A stretch of DNA of 12,052 nt, from NCBI GenBank assembly GCA_040756235.1, contig JBFLZG010000110.1, positions 1 to 12,052 of the forward strand, given 5' to 3'. The translations under genes were made by a program, and so were the position numbers. Shown here piece after piece: positions 1 to 8,102 of the stretch. The stretch's first letter is position 1, and each line of letters opens with the position of its first letter. Under the pieces are notes generated by a model. It ran no database searches. It was not told the origin of the DNA and was given only the letters and a program-made list of their open reading frames with translations. This DNA is from a bacterium (GTDB taxonomy: Bacteria; Desulfobacterota; DSWW01).

Positions 1-30
1 GAGGACTCGGAGGCGCGGCCGCATGATTAC

Positions 31-58
31 CGTCATTCCGGCGGAGGCCGGAATCCAG
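31..58 (+). repeat. REP-like palindrome, family A (CGTCATTCCGGC..GCCGGAATCCAG)
   Basis: Stem ATTCCGGC/GCCGGAAT. 26/28 identical to the reverse complement of 11848-11875. Confidence 0.85.
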
Positions 59-70
59 CCCCTGCCCCCG

Positions 71-111
71 GTGATTCGTAGGGGCGACCGGCGGTCGCCC
101 TTACCTGATGG
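71..111 (+). repeat. GTAG-type REP, family B (GTAGGGGCGACCGGCGGTCGCCCTTAC) with flanks
   Basis: GTAG followed by a GGGCGACC/GGTCGCCC hairpin. 39/41 identical to 2947-2987. Confidence 0.85.
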
Positions 112-127
112 CAGGCCGAGCTGCAGC

Positions 128-1504
128 ATGAACAGACATCCGGCTCTTGCCGCCGGAGCGGCGATCCTGACGGGGTTGCTCCTGCTCCACAATACTGTCT
201 CGCAGGGGGAGCCGGCGGCACGGAGGGCCGACCCGATCGCAACCAGGGATCTCTCCAGGACCCGCGATCCGATCGTCTTGCGCGGTGCAGCGGTCCGGCC
301 CATGCTCGGACTTGCCCTCTGCGGATTCCGGCTGTTTGCCGCGAGGGGCGGCTCTCTCGACCCGGTACCCTTTCAGATCGACGAAGTGGATGAGGACGGG
401 CTCTACGTCCTGCCCCGGGGCAAGGACCCGAACCGCGACACCGGGCGCCGGGGCGAGGAGGACGAGCTAGAAGGAGCGCTGGACGGAAACGACGAGATCG
501 TCTTCATGGCCGAGGACCTGGGCGACCGGGTCGGCCGGGAGGCGTGGCCGGCCGGCGTGCGCAAAGGAATGGAGATCGAGGTGTCGGACCCGGAGTCGGC
601 AGGCAAGGGCTGGGCCTATCTCTTCTGGTCGATCGACAACCCGCCGCCGGAATCTTCCCGGGACTACGTACGCTACTCGCCGGAGGAAGACCGCATCCAC
701 GCCGCCGGCTTTACCCTCGGCTACTCGCCGGAACGGGACCTCGTCTACACGACCTCCATGGCGGTCGCGCCGGCAGGGGCGGGCAGCGGCGAGGACCTGC
801 TGGACCGCATCAACATTCGATTCTCGGCCACCATCTTGCTCGGTGCCGTCACCTTGAGCCGCACCGAGGACGACTTCGTCTCTTCTGTCATCGCCTACAA
901 GGACGGTCCGGTGCGGGCCATGCGCCGCGTGAAGAATTCCATGCGGCTCGTAGCAGGCCTGAGGACCCCGAAGATCATCGCCTACAGCATGTACTACCGG
1001 GACTCGATCGAGGCGCCCAACCGGATCGACATCCCGGTGGCGATCGCGGCCGTCGCTCGGGACGTGCACTTCGAAGGCGGGTCGGATTATAACCGTCGGG
1101 CCATGGGCATGCGCTTTTACACCTCGAACGATCGGCAAGGGGTCCTGGTGGACGGCCGCATGAGCCCTGAAGAGCAAGCCCTGAACCGGGGCGACCACGA
1201 CTGGACCGTGATCGCCGGCCCCCAGGGCGGCCTTCTCGCCCGGATCGCCCTGGGGTCGGGCCTTCGTGAGGTCCTCGGCAAGGAGCTGATCTACGTGGAC
1301 GATCTCCTGGGGCCCAACGGGCCGGAAGACGAGGTCGGAACGGTTCCCCGGATCGCTTTTTCCTTCACCCGCCTCCTGGCGCTGAAGAAGGGCAGATACG
1401 ACTACAACGTACACTTCTACATTCTCCCGCGGTATCGGCCGGGAGCGGAGAAAGAATACCTGGACATCCTCGACCATCCGCTCCTGGTCCGGGCCCTGCC
1501 GTAG
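128..1504 (+). CDS. Hypothetical secreted/periplasmic protein (~458 aa)
   Basis: Long ORF with GC3-rich codons. ATG at 128 gives a signal-peptide-like N-terminus (MNRHPALAAGAAILTGLLLLH...). The ORF extension to 23 reads through REP palindromes. No recognised catalytic motif. Confidence 0.8.
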   Translation: MNRHPALAAGAAILTGLLLLHNTVSQGEPAARRADPIATRDLSRTRDPIVLRGAAVRPMLGLALCGFRLFAARGGSLDPVPFQIDEVDEDGLYVLPRGKDPNRDTGRRGEEDELEGALDGNDEIVFMAEDLGDRVGREAWPAGVRKGMEIEVSDPESAGKGWAYLFWSIDNPPPESSRDYVRYSPEEDRIHAAGFTLGYSPERDLVYTTSMAVAPAGAGSGEDLLDRINIRFSATILLGAVTLSRTEDDFVSSVIAYKDGPVRAMRRVKNSMRLVAGLRTPKIIAYSMYYRDSIEAPNRIDIPVAIAAVARDVHFEGGSDYNRRAMGMRFYTSNDRQGVLVDGRMSPEEQALNRGDHDWTVIAGPQGGLLARIALGSGLREVLGKELIYVDDLLGPNGPEDEVGTVPRIAFSFTRLLALKKGRYDYNVHFYILPRYRPGAEKEYLDILDHPLLVRALP

Positions 1505-1553
1505 GCGCGTTGCTGTCCGTCCACCCGGCCAGAGTCGAGTTTCTTTTGACGTG

Positions 1554-1647
1554 TCCCCACGCCGAGGGGCGAAGGCCCGGATGAGGGGTGAATCTGCTCC
1601 TGTTTCCCCCTCACCCCAACCCTCTCCCCCGTGCACGGGGGAGAGGG
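1554..1647. repeat. Inverted pair of CCCCTCACCC..CCCTCTCCC/GGGAGAGGG palindromic repeats (family C)
   Basis: GGATGAGGGG-spacer-CCCCTCACCCCAACCCTCTCCCCCGTGCACGGGGGAGAGGG. Same architecture as 9567-9673. Confidence 0.8.
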
Positions 1648-1746
1648 TGTTCATTTTTCGAAACCCTCACGAAAGGGGGGCGAAGAGCTCGCAGGCGACG
1701 CTTCCATCGCTCCCCTTTTATCGACAGCCTCTGCACGGGGAGAGCC

Positions 1747-1775
1747 TTGCGTCGCACATGCCCGTCCGTTATGCT
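1747..1775 (+). promoter_or_regulatory. Candidate sigma70 promoter for the 4Fe-4S gene
   Basis: TTGCGT-17 nt-TATGCT. Confidence 0.45.
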
Positions 1776-1901
1776 GCTTGGACAGCCCAGCCGGACACCC
1801 GCCGCAACGACGATTCGAGCTCGAGCGCGGCGGACGCCGTTTCCTGACGACGATCCTCCGCAAGACGATCCCCAGGGGGCCTGAACAGAAGGAGAGAGAG
1901 G

Positions 1902-2918
1902 ATGGAGGCACAAGCCCTTTACCAGAAGCTTTCGGCCCAGATCGGAACGCCGCCTACCTCGGATCGCATCCCGAGGCTCTGGAAGATGATCTGCGACGAA
2001 CAGGAGGCCTTCCTGCTGCTGGCCATGCCCGGGACCGTGGAAGAACTTTCCCTCAAGACGGGCATCGCGGCGGATGCCGTCGGGAAGATGGTCCGCGTCC
2101 TTTTCCGCAAGGGGGTCGTCTTCGAGAAAGAGAAGGGGGGGACGGTCCAGTACTCCATGCCGCGCCATCTCCTGCAGTTCCACGATGCCTCCATCGTTTG
2201 GCCCGAGGCGCCCCCCGAGTTCATCGCACTCTGGCAGGAATTCATGGAAACCGAGTACCCGGATTTCGCCAGGGCCCTTGCCGCGATGGGGCTGGCGTCC
2301 TTCACCCGGGTGATTCCGGTCGAGCAGACCCTGCAGGGCGGCTCCCGGGTGCTGCCTTTCGACAGCGCCGTCAAGATCGTGGAGCAGGCCAGGCGCGTTG
2401 CGGTGACGAACTGCACTTGCCGGCTCACCACCAAGAAGTGCGATGCGCCGGTGGAGGTCTGCCTGCAGCTCAACCGGGCGGCCGAGTACACGATCAAGCG
2501 AGGCTCGGGCCGGGAGGTCTCGGTCGAGGAGGCGAAGGAGATTCTGAGGATATCCGAGGAGGCCGGGCTCGTGCACGTGACGGACAACCGGGCCTCGAAC
2601 GAGCACATCATCTGCAACTGCTGCTCCTGCTGCTGCATCGCCCTGCCTTATATCAAGGAAGCCGGCAGCCGGGTGCTGCTGGCGCCCAGCCGGTTCCTCC
2701 CCGAGGTGGCGGCGGATCGCTGCACCCTGTGCGGGGTCTGCGTGGATGCGTGCCCGGTCAAGGCGCTGTCCTTCGCTCCGTCAGGCGCGCAGGAACAGGT
2801 ACGGGTGAAGGAGGACCTGTGCATGGGCTGCGGGCAGTGCGCGTACCGCTGCCCGGAGACGGCGATCACGCTCAAGGAAGTCCGCAACCCTGATTTCGTT
2901 CCGGGCGCGGCGGCGTGA
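1902..2918 (+). CDS. 4Fe-4S dicluster (ferredoxin-domain) protein with N-terminal HTH-like region and ICNCCxCCC motif
   Basis: Two CxxCxxCxxxCP motifs (CTLCGVCVDACP, CMGCGQCAYRCP), plus CTCR, CDAPVEVC, GLVH and ICNCCSCCC. SD AAGGAG at 1889-1894. Confidence 0.9.
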   Translation: MEAQALYQKLSAQIGTPPTSDRIPRLWKMICDEQEAFLLLAMPGTVEELSLKTGIAADAVGKMVRVLFRKGVVFEKEKGGTVQYSMPRHLLQFHDASIVWPEAPPEFIALWQEFMETEYPDFARALAAMGLASFTRVIPVEQTLQGGSRVLPFDSAVKIVEQARRVAVTNCTCRLTTKKCDAPVEVCLQLNRAAEYTIKRGSGREVSVEEAKEILRISEEAGLVHVTDNRASNEHIICNCCSCCCIALPYIKEAGSRVLLAPSRFLPEVAADRCTLCGVCVDACPVKALSFAPSGAQEQVRVKEDLCMGCGQCAYRCPETAITLKEVRNPDFVPGAAA

Positions 2919-2946
2919 AGTCCGACATCCCGAACCAGGTCCCTGC

Positions 2947-2987
2947 GTGATTCGTAGGGGCGCCCGGCGGTCGCCCTTGCCTGATGG
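2947..2987 (+). repeat. GTAG-type REP, family B, second copy
   Basis: Direct 41-nt repeat of 71-111 with two substitutions. Confidence 0.85.
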
Positions 2988-3139
2988 GACCTTCCGGACC
3001 TCGCACATGGGCCGGGGTGGCGAAGTATAACGCGACTGCTCTTGCGGGCATGACAGGCCGGGCCGGATGCTGCCCTGGGATCGCATCGGGTAGAGAGCTC
3101 GTATCGTGAACCCAAGGAATGCTGGGAGGAGCCGCACAT

Positions 3140-3904
3140 ATGTTCGCTGAGAAGTTTCGACTGGATGGAAAGGTCGCGTTGGTCTCGGGGGCGAGCCAGG
3201 GCATCGGCAAGCAGATCGCCATGATCTTTTCCGAGCAGGGCGCCAGAGTGGCGATCTGCAGCCGCAAGCAGGAGTCCCTCGACGCGGTGGCCGGAGAGAT
3301 CCGGGCCCTGGGCGGACAGTGTTTCCCGGTCGCCTGCCACACGGGCAAACCGGACCAGATCCGCACTCTCTTCCAGAAGGTGATGGAGGCATACGGGAGG
3401 CTGGACGTGCTCGTGAACAACGCGGCGGCCAACCCGTACTTCGGGCCGATCCTGGATGCCGACGAGGCGGTCTGGGACAAGACCCTGGACGTGAACCTCA
3501 AGGGGTACTTTCTCATGAGCCAGGCCGCGGCCAGGATCATGGTGAAGCAGGGCGGTGGAGCGATCGTCAACGTCGCCTCCATTGCCGCCTTCTCCCCGCC
3601 CGTCTTTCAAGGGATCTACGGGATCACGAAGGCCGGCGTCGTCGCCATGACCAAATCCTTTGCCAAGGAGCTGGCGACCCAGAACGTGCGGGTGAACGCC
3701 ATCTGCCCGGGCCTGACGGAAACCAAGTTCGCCCGGGTCCTGATCGAAACGCCCGAGATCTACCAGGTCGCCCTGCAGTCGATTCCCATGAAGCGCCACG
3801 CCCAGCCTTCCGAGATCGCGGGGGCGGCGATGTTCCTGGCGAGCGACGCGGCCAGCTTCGTCACCGGCACTGCGATTACCGTCGACGGCGGCGCCATGAC
3901 TTAG
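3140..3904 (+). CDS. Classical short-chain dehydrogenase/reductase (DHRS4/FabG-like, probably NADP-dependent)
   Basis: SGASQGIG Rossmann motif, CSRK, NNAA, catalytic YGITK (YxxxK), VNAICPG, VDGG. SD GGAGGA at 3125-3130 precedes ATG 3140. Confidence 0.93.
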   Translation: MFAEKFRLDGKVALVSGASQGIGKQIAMIFSEQGARVAICSRKQESLDAVAGEIRALGGQCFPVACHTGKPDQIRTLFQKVMEAYGRLDVLVNNAAANPYFGPILDADEAVWDKTLDVNLKGYFLMSQAAARIMVKQGGGAIVNVASIAAFSPPVFQGIYGITKAGVVAMTKSFAKELATQNVRVNAICPGLTETKFARVLIETPEIYQVALQSIPMKRHAQPSEIAGAAMFLASDAASFVTGTAITVDGGAMT

Positions 3905-4024
3905 CAGACGGATTGACAGGCAGGTGACGTGGTCCGCCGGCGACGCGAGCAAGGCCGTCCAGCCAGATCGTGGCAACCGACGCGTGTAAGGGCCAGATGT
4001 CGGGAGCGAGCGCGTGAGCACTCG

Positions 4025-4054
4025 GTAGGGTGGACTGAGCGCAGCGAGTCCACC
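4025..4054 (+). repeat. GTAG-type REP (GTAGGGTGGACTGAGCGCAGCGAGTCCACC)
   Basis: GTAG tetranucleotide followed by a GGTGGACT/AGTCCACC stem. Confidence 0.75.
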
Positions 4055-4119
4055 AACCGGTGTCCGAGCACTGCGAGGGCGGCGATCCCCGGCGTGACTA
4101 CGGACCCGGTCCAGGGAGA

Positions 4120-4139
4120 TCCCTCGCTACGCTCGGGAC
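4120..4139 (+). repeat. REP-like repeat family D (TCCCTCGCTRCGCTCGGGAC)
   Basis: 19/20 identical to 11980-11999. Confidence 0.7.
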
Positions 4140-4319
4140 TTGCGGGTTGCCTCGGACCTTCGGTCCTCGCAACGTGCAGTGGATGGATGCCGGTCGCCAC
4201 GCCGCTCCTGAGCGAGACAACAACGGGTACTGCAGTTCCGCGGCAGGGGCGATACATCCATCGCTCGTGTCTTGTCTGCGCCCTCATCCCTGTCGTTCGG
4301 TGATCCAAGGAGCGCTTGC

Positions 4320-5306
4320 GTGAGGATCCTCTTTGCAGCCTCGGAAAATGCGTGGGGTGGTTTTCTTCATGGCATCCGGGCCCGGATGCCGGCACACTCG
4401 TTCGAAGCTACGGGCCGATTCGGGCTCGACACCCTTCAGGGTTACGACGTGCTCATTCCCACCATGACCTCGGTGACGCGCCAGATGCTCCTCGAGGCGG
4501 ACCGGCTGCGCCTGATTCAGCAATGCGGGGCGGGCCTCGAAGGCGTCGACCTGAAGGCCGCGGCCGAGCGCGGGGTATGGGTCGCGAACGTGCCCACCGA
4601 CCTCTCCGGAAATGCCGACTCCGTGGCCGAGCTCGGCATCTATCTGATGATCGGGCTGTCGCGGGACGTCCGCGGTATGGCCGAGAGCTTCCGGGAAAGG
4701 AAGATGGGCGAGCCGCGGGGGAGGGCCCTGAGCGGCAGGACCGTGGGGATCGTGGGCCTGGGCGGCATCGGCCGGGCTCTGATCCGGCGCCTCAAGCCCT
4801 TCGATGTGCATCTGATCGGAATCAAGCAGCGAGATCCCCGGGCGGCTCGGGAGGAGCTGGGGTTGGAATGGACGGGCGATCCCGACGCGCTGGAGGAGCT
4901 CCTCAGGCGGTCCGATTTCGTGGTGCTCTGCCTTCCGCATACCGCGGAGACCGCCTTTCTGATGAACCGGCGGCGCTTTCAGATGATGAAGCCCGGTGCG
5001 TGCCTGATCAATCTCGCCAGGGGCGGGCTCGTGGACCGGAACGCCCTGGAAGAGGCCCTTGCCGCGGGAAGGATCGCCGGGGCCGGCCTGGACGTCTTCT
5101 GGGAAGAGCCGCCTGCTCCCGACGATCCGATCTTCCGGTACAACGTGCTCGCCACGCCTCACGTAGCCGGATCCACGGACCTGTCGATGGAAGGGATCGT
5201 GAGCGTCGTAGCCGACAACATCGTGCGCGTCGCAAGAGGTGAGGCGCCTCTGCACGTCAAGAACGGCGAGGCGTGGCGCGACCAACCTCCGGGCGGGAGT
5301 GGATGA
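4320..5306 (+). CDS. D-isomer-specific 2-hydroxyacid dehydrogenase
   Basis: GIVGLGGIG nucleotide-binding motif; catalytic Arg (INLARG), Glu (LDVFWEEP) and His (TPHVAG). SD AAGGAG at 4307-4312 precedes GTG 4320. Confidence 0.93.
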   Translation: MRILFAASENAWGGFLHGIRARMPAHSFEATGRFGLDTLQGYDVLIPTMTSVTRQMLLEADRLRLIQQCGAGLEGVDLKAAAERGVWVANVPTDLSGNADSVAELGIYLMIGLSRDVRGMAESFRERKMGEPRGRALSGRTVGIVGLGGIGRALIRRLKPFDVHLIGIKQRDPRAAREELGLEWTGDPDALEELLRRSDFVVLCLPHTAETAFLMNRRRFQMMKPGACLINLARGGLVDRNALEEALAAGRIAGAGLDVFWEEPPAPDDPIFRYNVLATPHVAGSTDLSMEGIVSVVADNIVRVARGEAPLHVKNGEAWRDQPPGGSG

Positions 5307-6862
5307 CCGTGGGTGCAGCGGAGCTCTCGGAGTTCAAGACCGCAAAGAACACGGTCGTTCTGAGCGATCTCCATCTCGCCGATGCGGAGCGCCCGCCTCC
5401 CGGAAAGCCTCTCTGGAAGCGCTTCAAGAGCCCTGACCTGTTCGTGGACTCGAGCTTCCGCAAGCTCCTCGAGCACCTCCAGGCCGCCATGGAAGGCCCC
5501 ATCGAGCTCGTCCTGAACGGCGACATATTCGACTTCGACTCGGTGCTCGCTCTCCCCGAGCGGCCGGAGTTTCCGGTGAGCTGGCTGGAGCGCCGCCGCG
5601 GGCTGAAGGCCGAGGAGCCCAAGTCCCGCTTCAAGATCCGGCGGATCCTCCAGGATCACCCGGCGTTCGTCGAGGCCCTGCGCGAGTTCCTGCTGCGCGG
5701 CCATCGAGTGATCTTCGTGGCCGGCAATCACGACATCGAGCTGATGTGGACCGGGGTACAGCGCGACATCGTCCAGACCCTCGATCTCCCGGAAGAGCTC
5801 CGTGAGAATGTCCGGTTCGTGGAATGGTTCTACATCTCGAACCAGGACACCTTGATCGAGCACGGCAACCAGTACGACGCGTATTCCGCCTGCGCCAATC
5901 CTCTCTACCCTCTCATCAAGAAAGGGTCACGGAAGTCTTTGCGGCTCCCCTTTTCCAATCTGGCCGGCAGGTACATGACCAACGGCATGGGCCTGTTCAA
6001 CCCGCACGTGGAAGGCAGCTACATCATGTCCTTCCGGGGGTACCTGGCCTTCTTCTTCCGCTACCTCCTCCGGGTGCAGCCCCTGCTCCTGTGGACCTGG
6101 CTCTGGGGTGCCATCGTGACGCTCGTGGATTCGCTCTCCGAGGGCCTGAAGCCGGCTTACAAGGATCCTTTGAGCTTTCAGAAGAGAGTCGAAGAGATCG
6201 CGTTCCGTTCCAACGCGACGCCGGTCCAGGTCATGGCTCTCAGGGAGCTGCACGCCCACCCGGCCGTCTTCAACCCGTTCATGGTCATGCGGGAGCTGTG
6301 GCTCGACCGTTTCGTGTTGCTCGGGGTCGTGTGGTTCGCGAGCTTCCAGATTTTTTCCACTCTCAACGTCTTTGCGAGAGTCTCTTCCCTCTGGTTCTGG
6401 ATTCCTCTGGCGCTGTTCATGGCGGCCTTCATCTTCTATGCGCAGTCGGTCCGGTCCGACGTGTACAAGGTCCAGAAGGCCGCCCTGCGGCGGGTGCCCG
6501 CCGCTGCCGCCATTGCCGGCGTGAGCCGGGTCGTCCACGGGCACACGCACCGCGAGAGGCACCTGAGCTACAAGGGGGTGGAGGTCCTCAACAGCGGCAC
6601 CTGGTCGCCTGCGTTTCACGACGTGGAGTGCACCCAGCCGTTCGGCAGCAAGTGCTTTGCCTGGATCCGTCCGCGGTCGGGCTCAGAAGCCGGCGGAGCC
6701 GGAACAAACGCTCGAGAGGCGGGCCTCTACGTGTGGGGAGTGGGGGGGGCCGAGGTGTTCATCCCGCCCTCCGCAAAGGTCATCGAAGTGCCGCTGGAGC
6801 GTAGAGCGGCAGCACCCCCGCCGGCCCCCTTCAAATTCAGTCGACGTAACCGAATGCCCTGA
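5303..6862 (+). CDS. Calcineurin-like metallophosphoesterase (LpxH-like motifs) with a hydrophobic membrane insert
   Basis: Motifs SDLHL, NGDIFD, GNHD, EHGNQYD, HGHTH, NSGTW. ATGA overlap with the upstream stop (5303-5306). Confidence 0.88.
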   Translation: MTVGAAELSEFKTAKNTVVLSDLHLADAERPPPGKPLWKRFKSPDLFVDSSFRKLLEHLQAAMEGPIELVLNGDIFDFDSVLALPERPEFPVSWLERRRGLKAEEPKSRFKIRRILQDHPAFVEALREFLLRGHRVIFVAGNHDIELMWTGVQRDIVQTLDLPEELRENVRFVEWFYISNQDTLIEHGNQYDAYSACANPLYPLIKKGSRKSLRLPFSNLAGRYMTNGMGLFNPHVEGSYIMSFRGYLAFFFRYLLRVQPLLLWTWLWGAIVTLVDSLSEGLKPAYKDPLSFQKRVEEIAFRSNATPVQVMALRELHAHPAVFNPFMVMRELWLDRFVLLGVVWFASFQIFSTLNVFARVSSLWFWIPLALFMAAFIFYAQSVRSDVYKVQKAALRRVPAAAAIAGVSRVVHGHTHRERHLSYKGVEVLNSGTWSPAFHDVECTQPFGSKCFAWIRPRSGSEAGGAGTNAREAGLYVWGVGGAEVFIPPSAKVIEVPLERRAAAPPPAPFKFSRRNRMP

Positions 6863-8102
6863 GAAGCCTGCGGGTCTCCTCCTCGTCCCGCTCCGCGGGC
6901 GTCCGGGTCGCAGAGGGGCCGCGAGCCCCCAGCGCATGCATCTCGCGCCGGAAATAAGCGGCCGTCTGCGGGTGGCGGAGGACCGTGTTGCTCTGCTCGA
7001 GCCGGTCCGAGGGCAGGTGGAACAGCGCCTCGCCCTCCGGGGTGACGAGGTACTTCCATTCCTCGCTCCGGAGGCAGAAGATGCCGAGCGGCTCGTTCTC
7101 CGCGTAGGCGAGCTCCCCGGCCCCGACTCCGGCCCCGGCCAGTCCCGACCCCCTCGCGCCCGGGCATAGTGGGAGACACGCTCCCGAGAAAACGGGCCGG
7201 CGGGGGCCTCCCGGACCTCTGTCCGTATCGGCACCCGACAGGAGCCGGACGACCGATGGCGCCAGATCCACGGTGCGCACCAGAGAGCCGACGCGCGTAC
7301 CGCTTTCGGGCATCCTTTCCCGAAAGAGGATCAGGGGAACCCGGAGAACGCCTTCGGTGAGCCCGCCGTTGTGGGAAGGCGGCAGGCCCGCGTGCAGTTC
7401 CTCCCCGTGGTCCGAAAGGACGATCAGGAGGGTCTGCTCGTACACGCTGCAGCGGCGCAGGAGGTCGAGCACGCCGCCGATGCAGCGGTGGTCCGCGTAC
7501 GAGATCTTCCCCTCGTAGTATTGCCAGAGAGGCTCCCGGGTGAACCGGAAATAGTCCGGCAGATCGTATTCGGGCAGGTGGTGGGTGTCCAGGTAGTGAA
7601 ACCAGATGAAGAAGGGGTCCCTGCCGGCGGTCAGCCACCGTTCGGCCGCACGCAGGACCTCTCCCCACTCATTCCGGTTGTTGGCCGTGATCCCACCGCC
7701 CGGTGCCGGATCCGCCGGGTAGGGCAGACGGTATTCCTCGTGAAAAAGATCGAAGCCCTCGTGGAAGCCGGCCCGGCTTCCCACGAGGTCGTTTCCCGGA
7801 AAGCCGGCCGTGCGGTAGCCGAGTTCGGCCAGCAGAGAGGCCATTGTCGGAACGTGCGGGTGGAGCCGGTCATAGGGGCTCCGCACGCCGTGCAGATGCG
7901 GATAGAGGCCCGTGAGGATGCCGGCGTGGCTGACCCAGGTGTTGGGCGCCTGGGTCAGCGCCTGTTCGTAGACGATGCCGCGGGCCGCAAGCCGGTCGAG
8001 GTTCGGCGTGCGGGCGGTCTGGCATCCGTAGCAGCCCAGGAAATCCGGGCGCACGCAGTCCAGGGTGATCAGGACGACGTTGGTAGGAGCCTGCATCCTC
8101 AT
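6837..8102 (-). CDS. Sulfatase-like hydrolase (alkaline phosphatase superfamily)
   Basis: LITLDCVRPD, TPNLDRLA, TWVSHAGILTG, HYLDTH, SDHGE, RVPLI, C-terminal LRAFGY. Start is ATG 8102 or 8096. Confidence 0.9.
   Translation of the reverse strand: MRMQAPTNVVLITLDCVRPDFLGCYGCQTARTPNLDRLAARGIVYEQALTQAPNTWVSHAGILTGLYPHLHGVRSPYDRLHPHVPTMASLLAELGYRTAGFPGNDLVGSRAGFHEGFDLFHEEYRLPYPADPAPGGGITANNRNEWGEVLRAAERWLTAGRDPFFIWFHYLDTHHLPEYDLPDYFRFTREPLWQYYEGKISYADHRCIGGVLDLLRRCSVYEQTLLIVLSDHGEELHAGLPPSHNGGLTEGVLRVPLILFRERMPESGTRVGSLVRTVDLAPSVVRLLSGADTDRGPGGPRRPVFSGACLPLCPGARGSGLAGAGVGAGELAYAENEPLGIFCLRSEEWKYLVTPEGEALFHLPSDRLEQSNTVLRHPQTAAYFRREMHALGARGPSATRTPAERDEEETRRLLRAFGYVD

Noticed and set aside
23..127. 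N-terminal extension of ORF1 (MITVIPAEAGIQ...)
   Set aside because: It is a translation of two REP palindromes. The signal-like sequence begins at ATG 128.
1808..1871. Three GACGAT repeats upstream of the Fe-S gene
   Set aside because: Too short and irregularly spaced to call an operator.
1752..3009. Shared TCGCACATG upstream of the Fe-S and SDR genes (1752, 3001)
   Set aside because: A 9-mer, non-palindromic and at different distances from the -10 boxes; may be chance.
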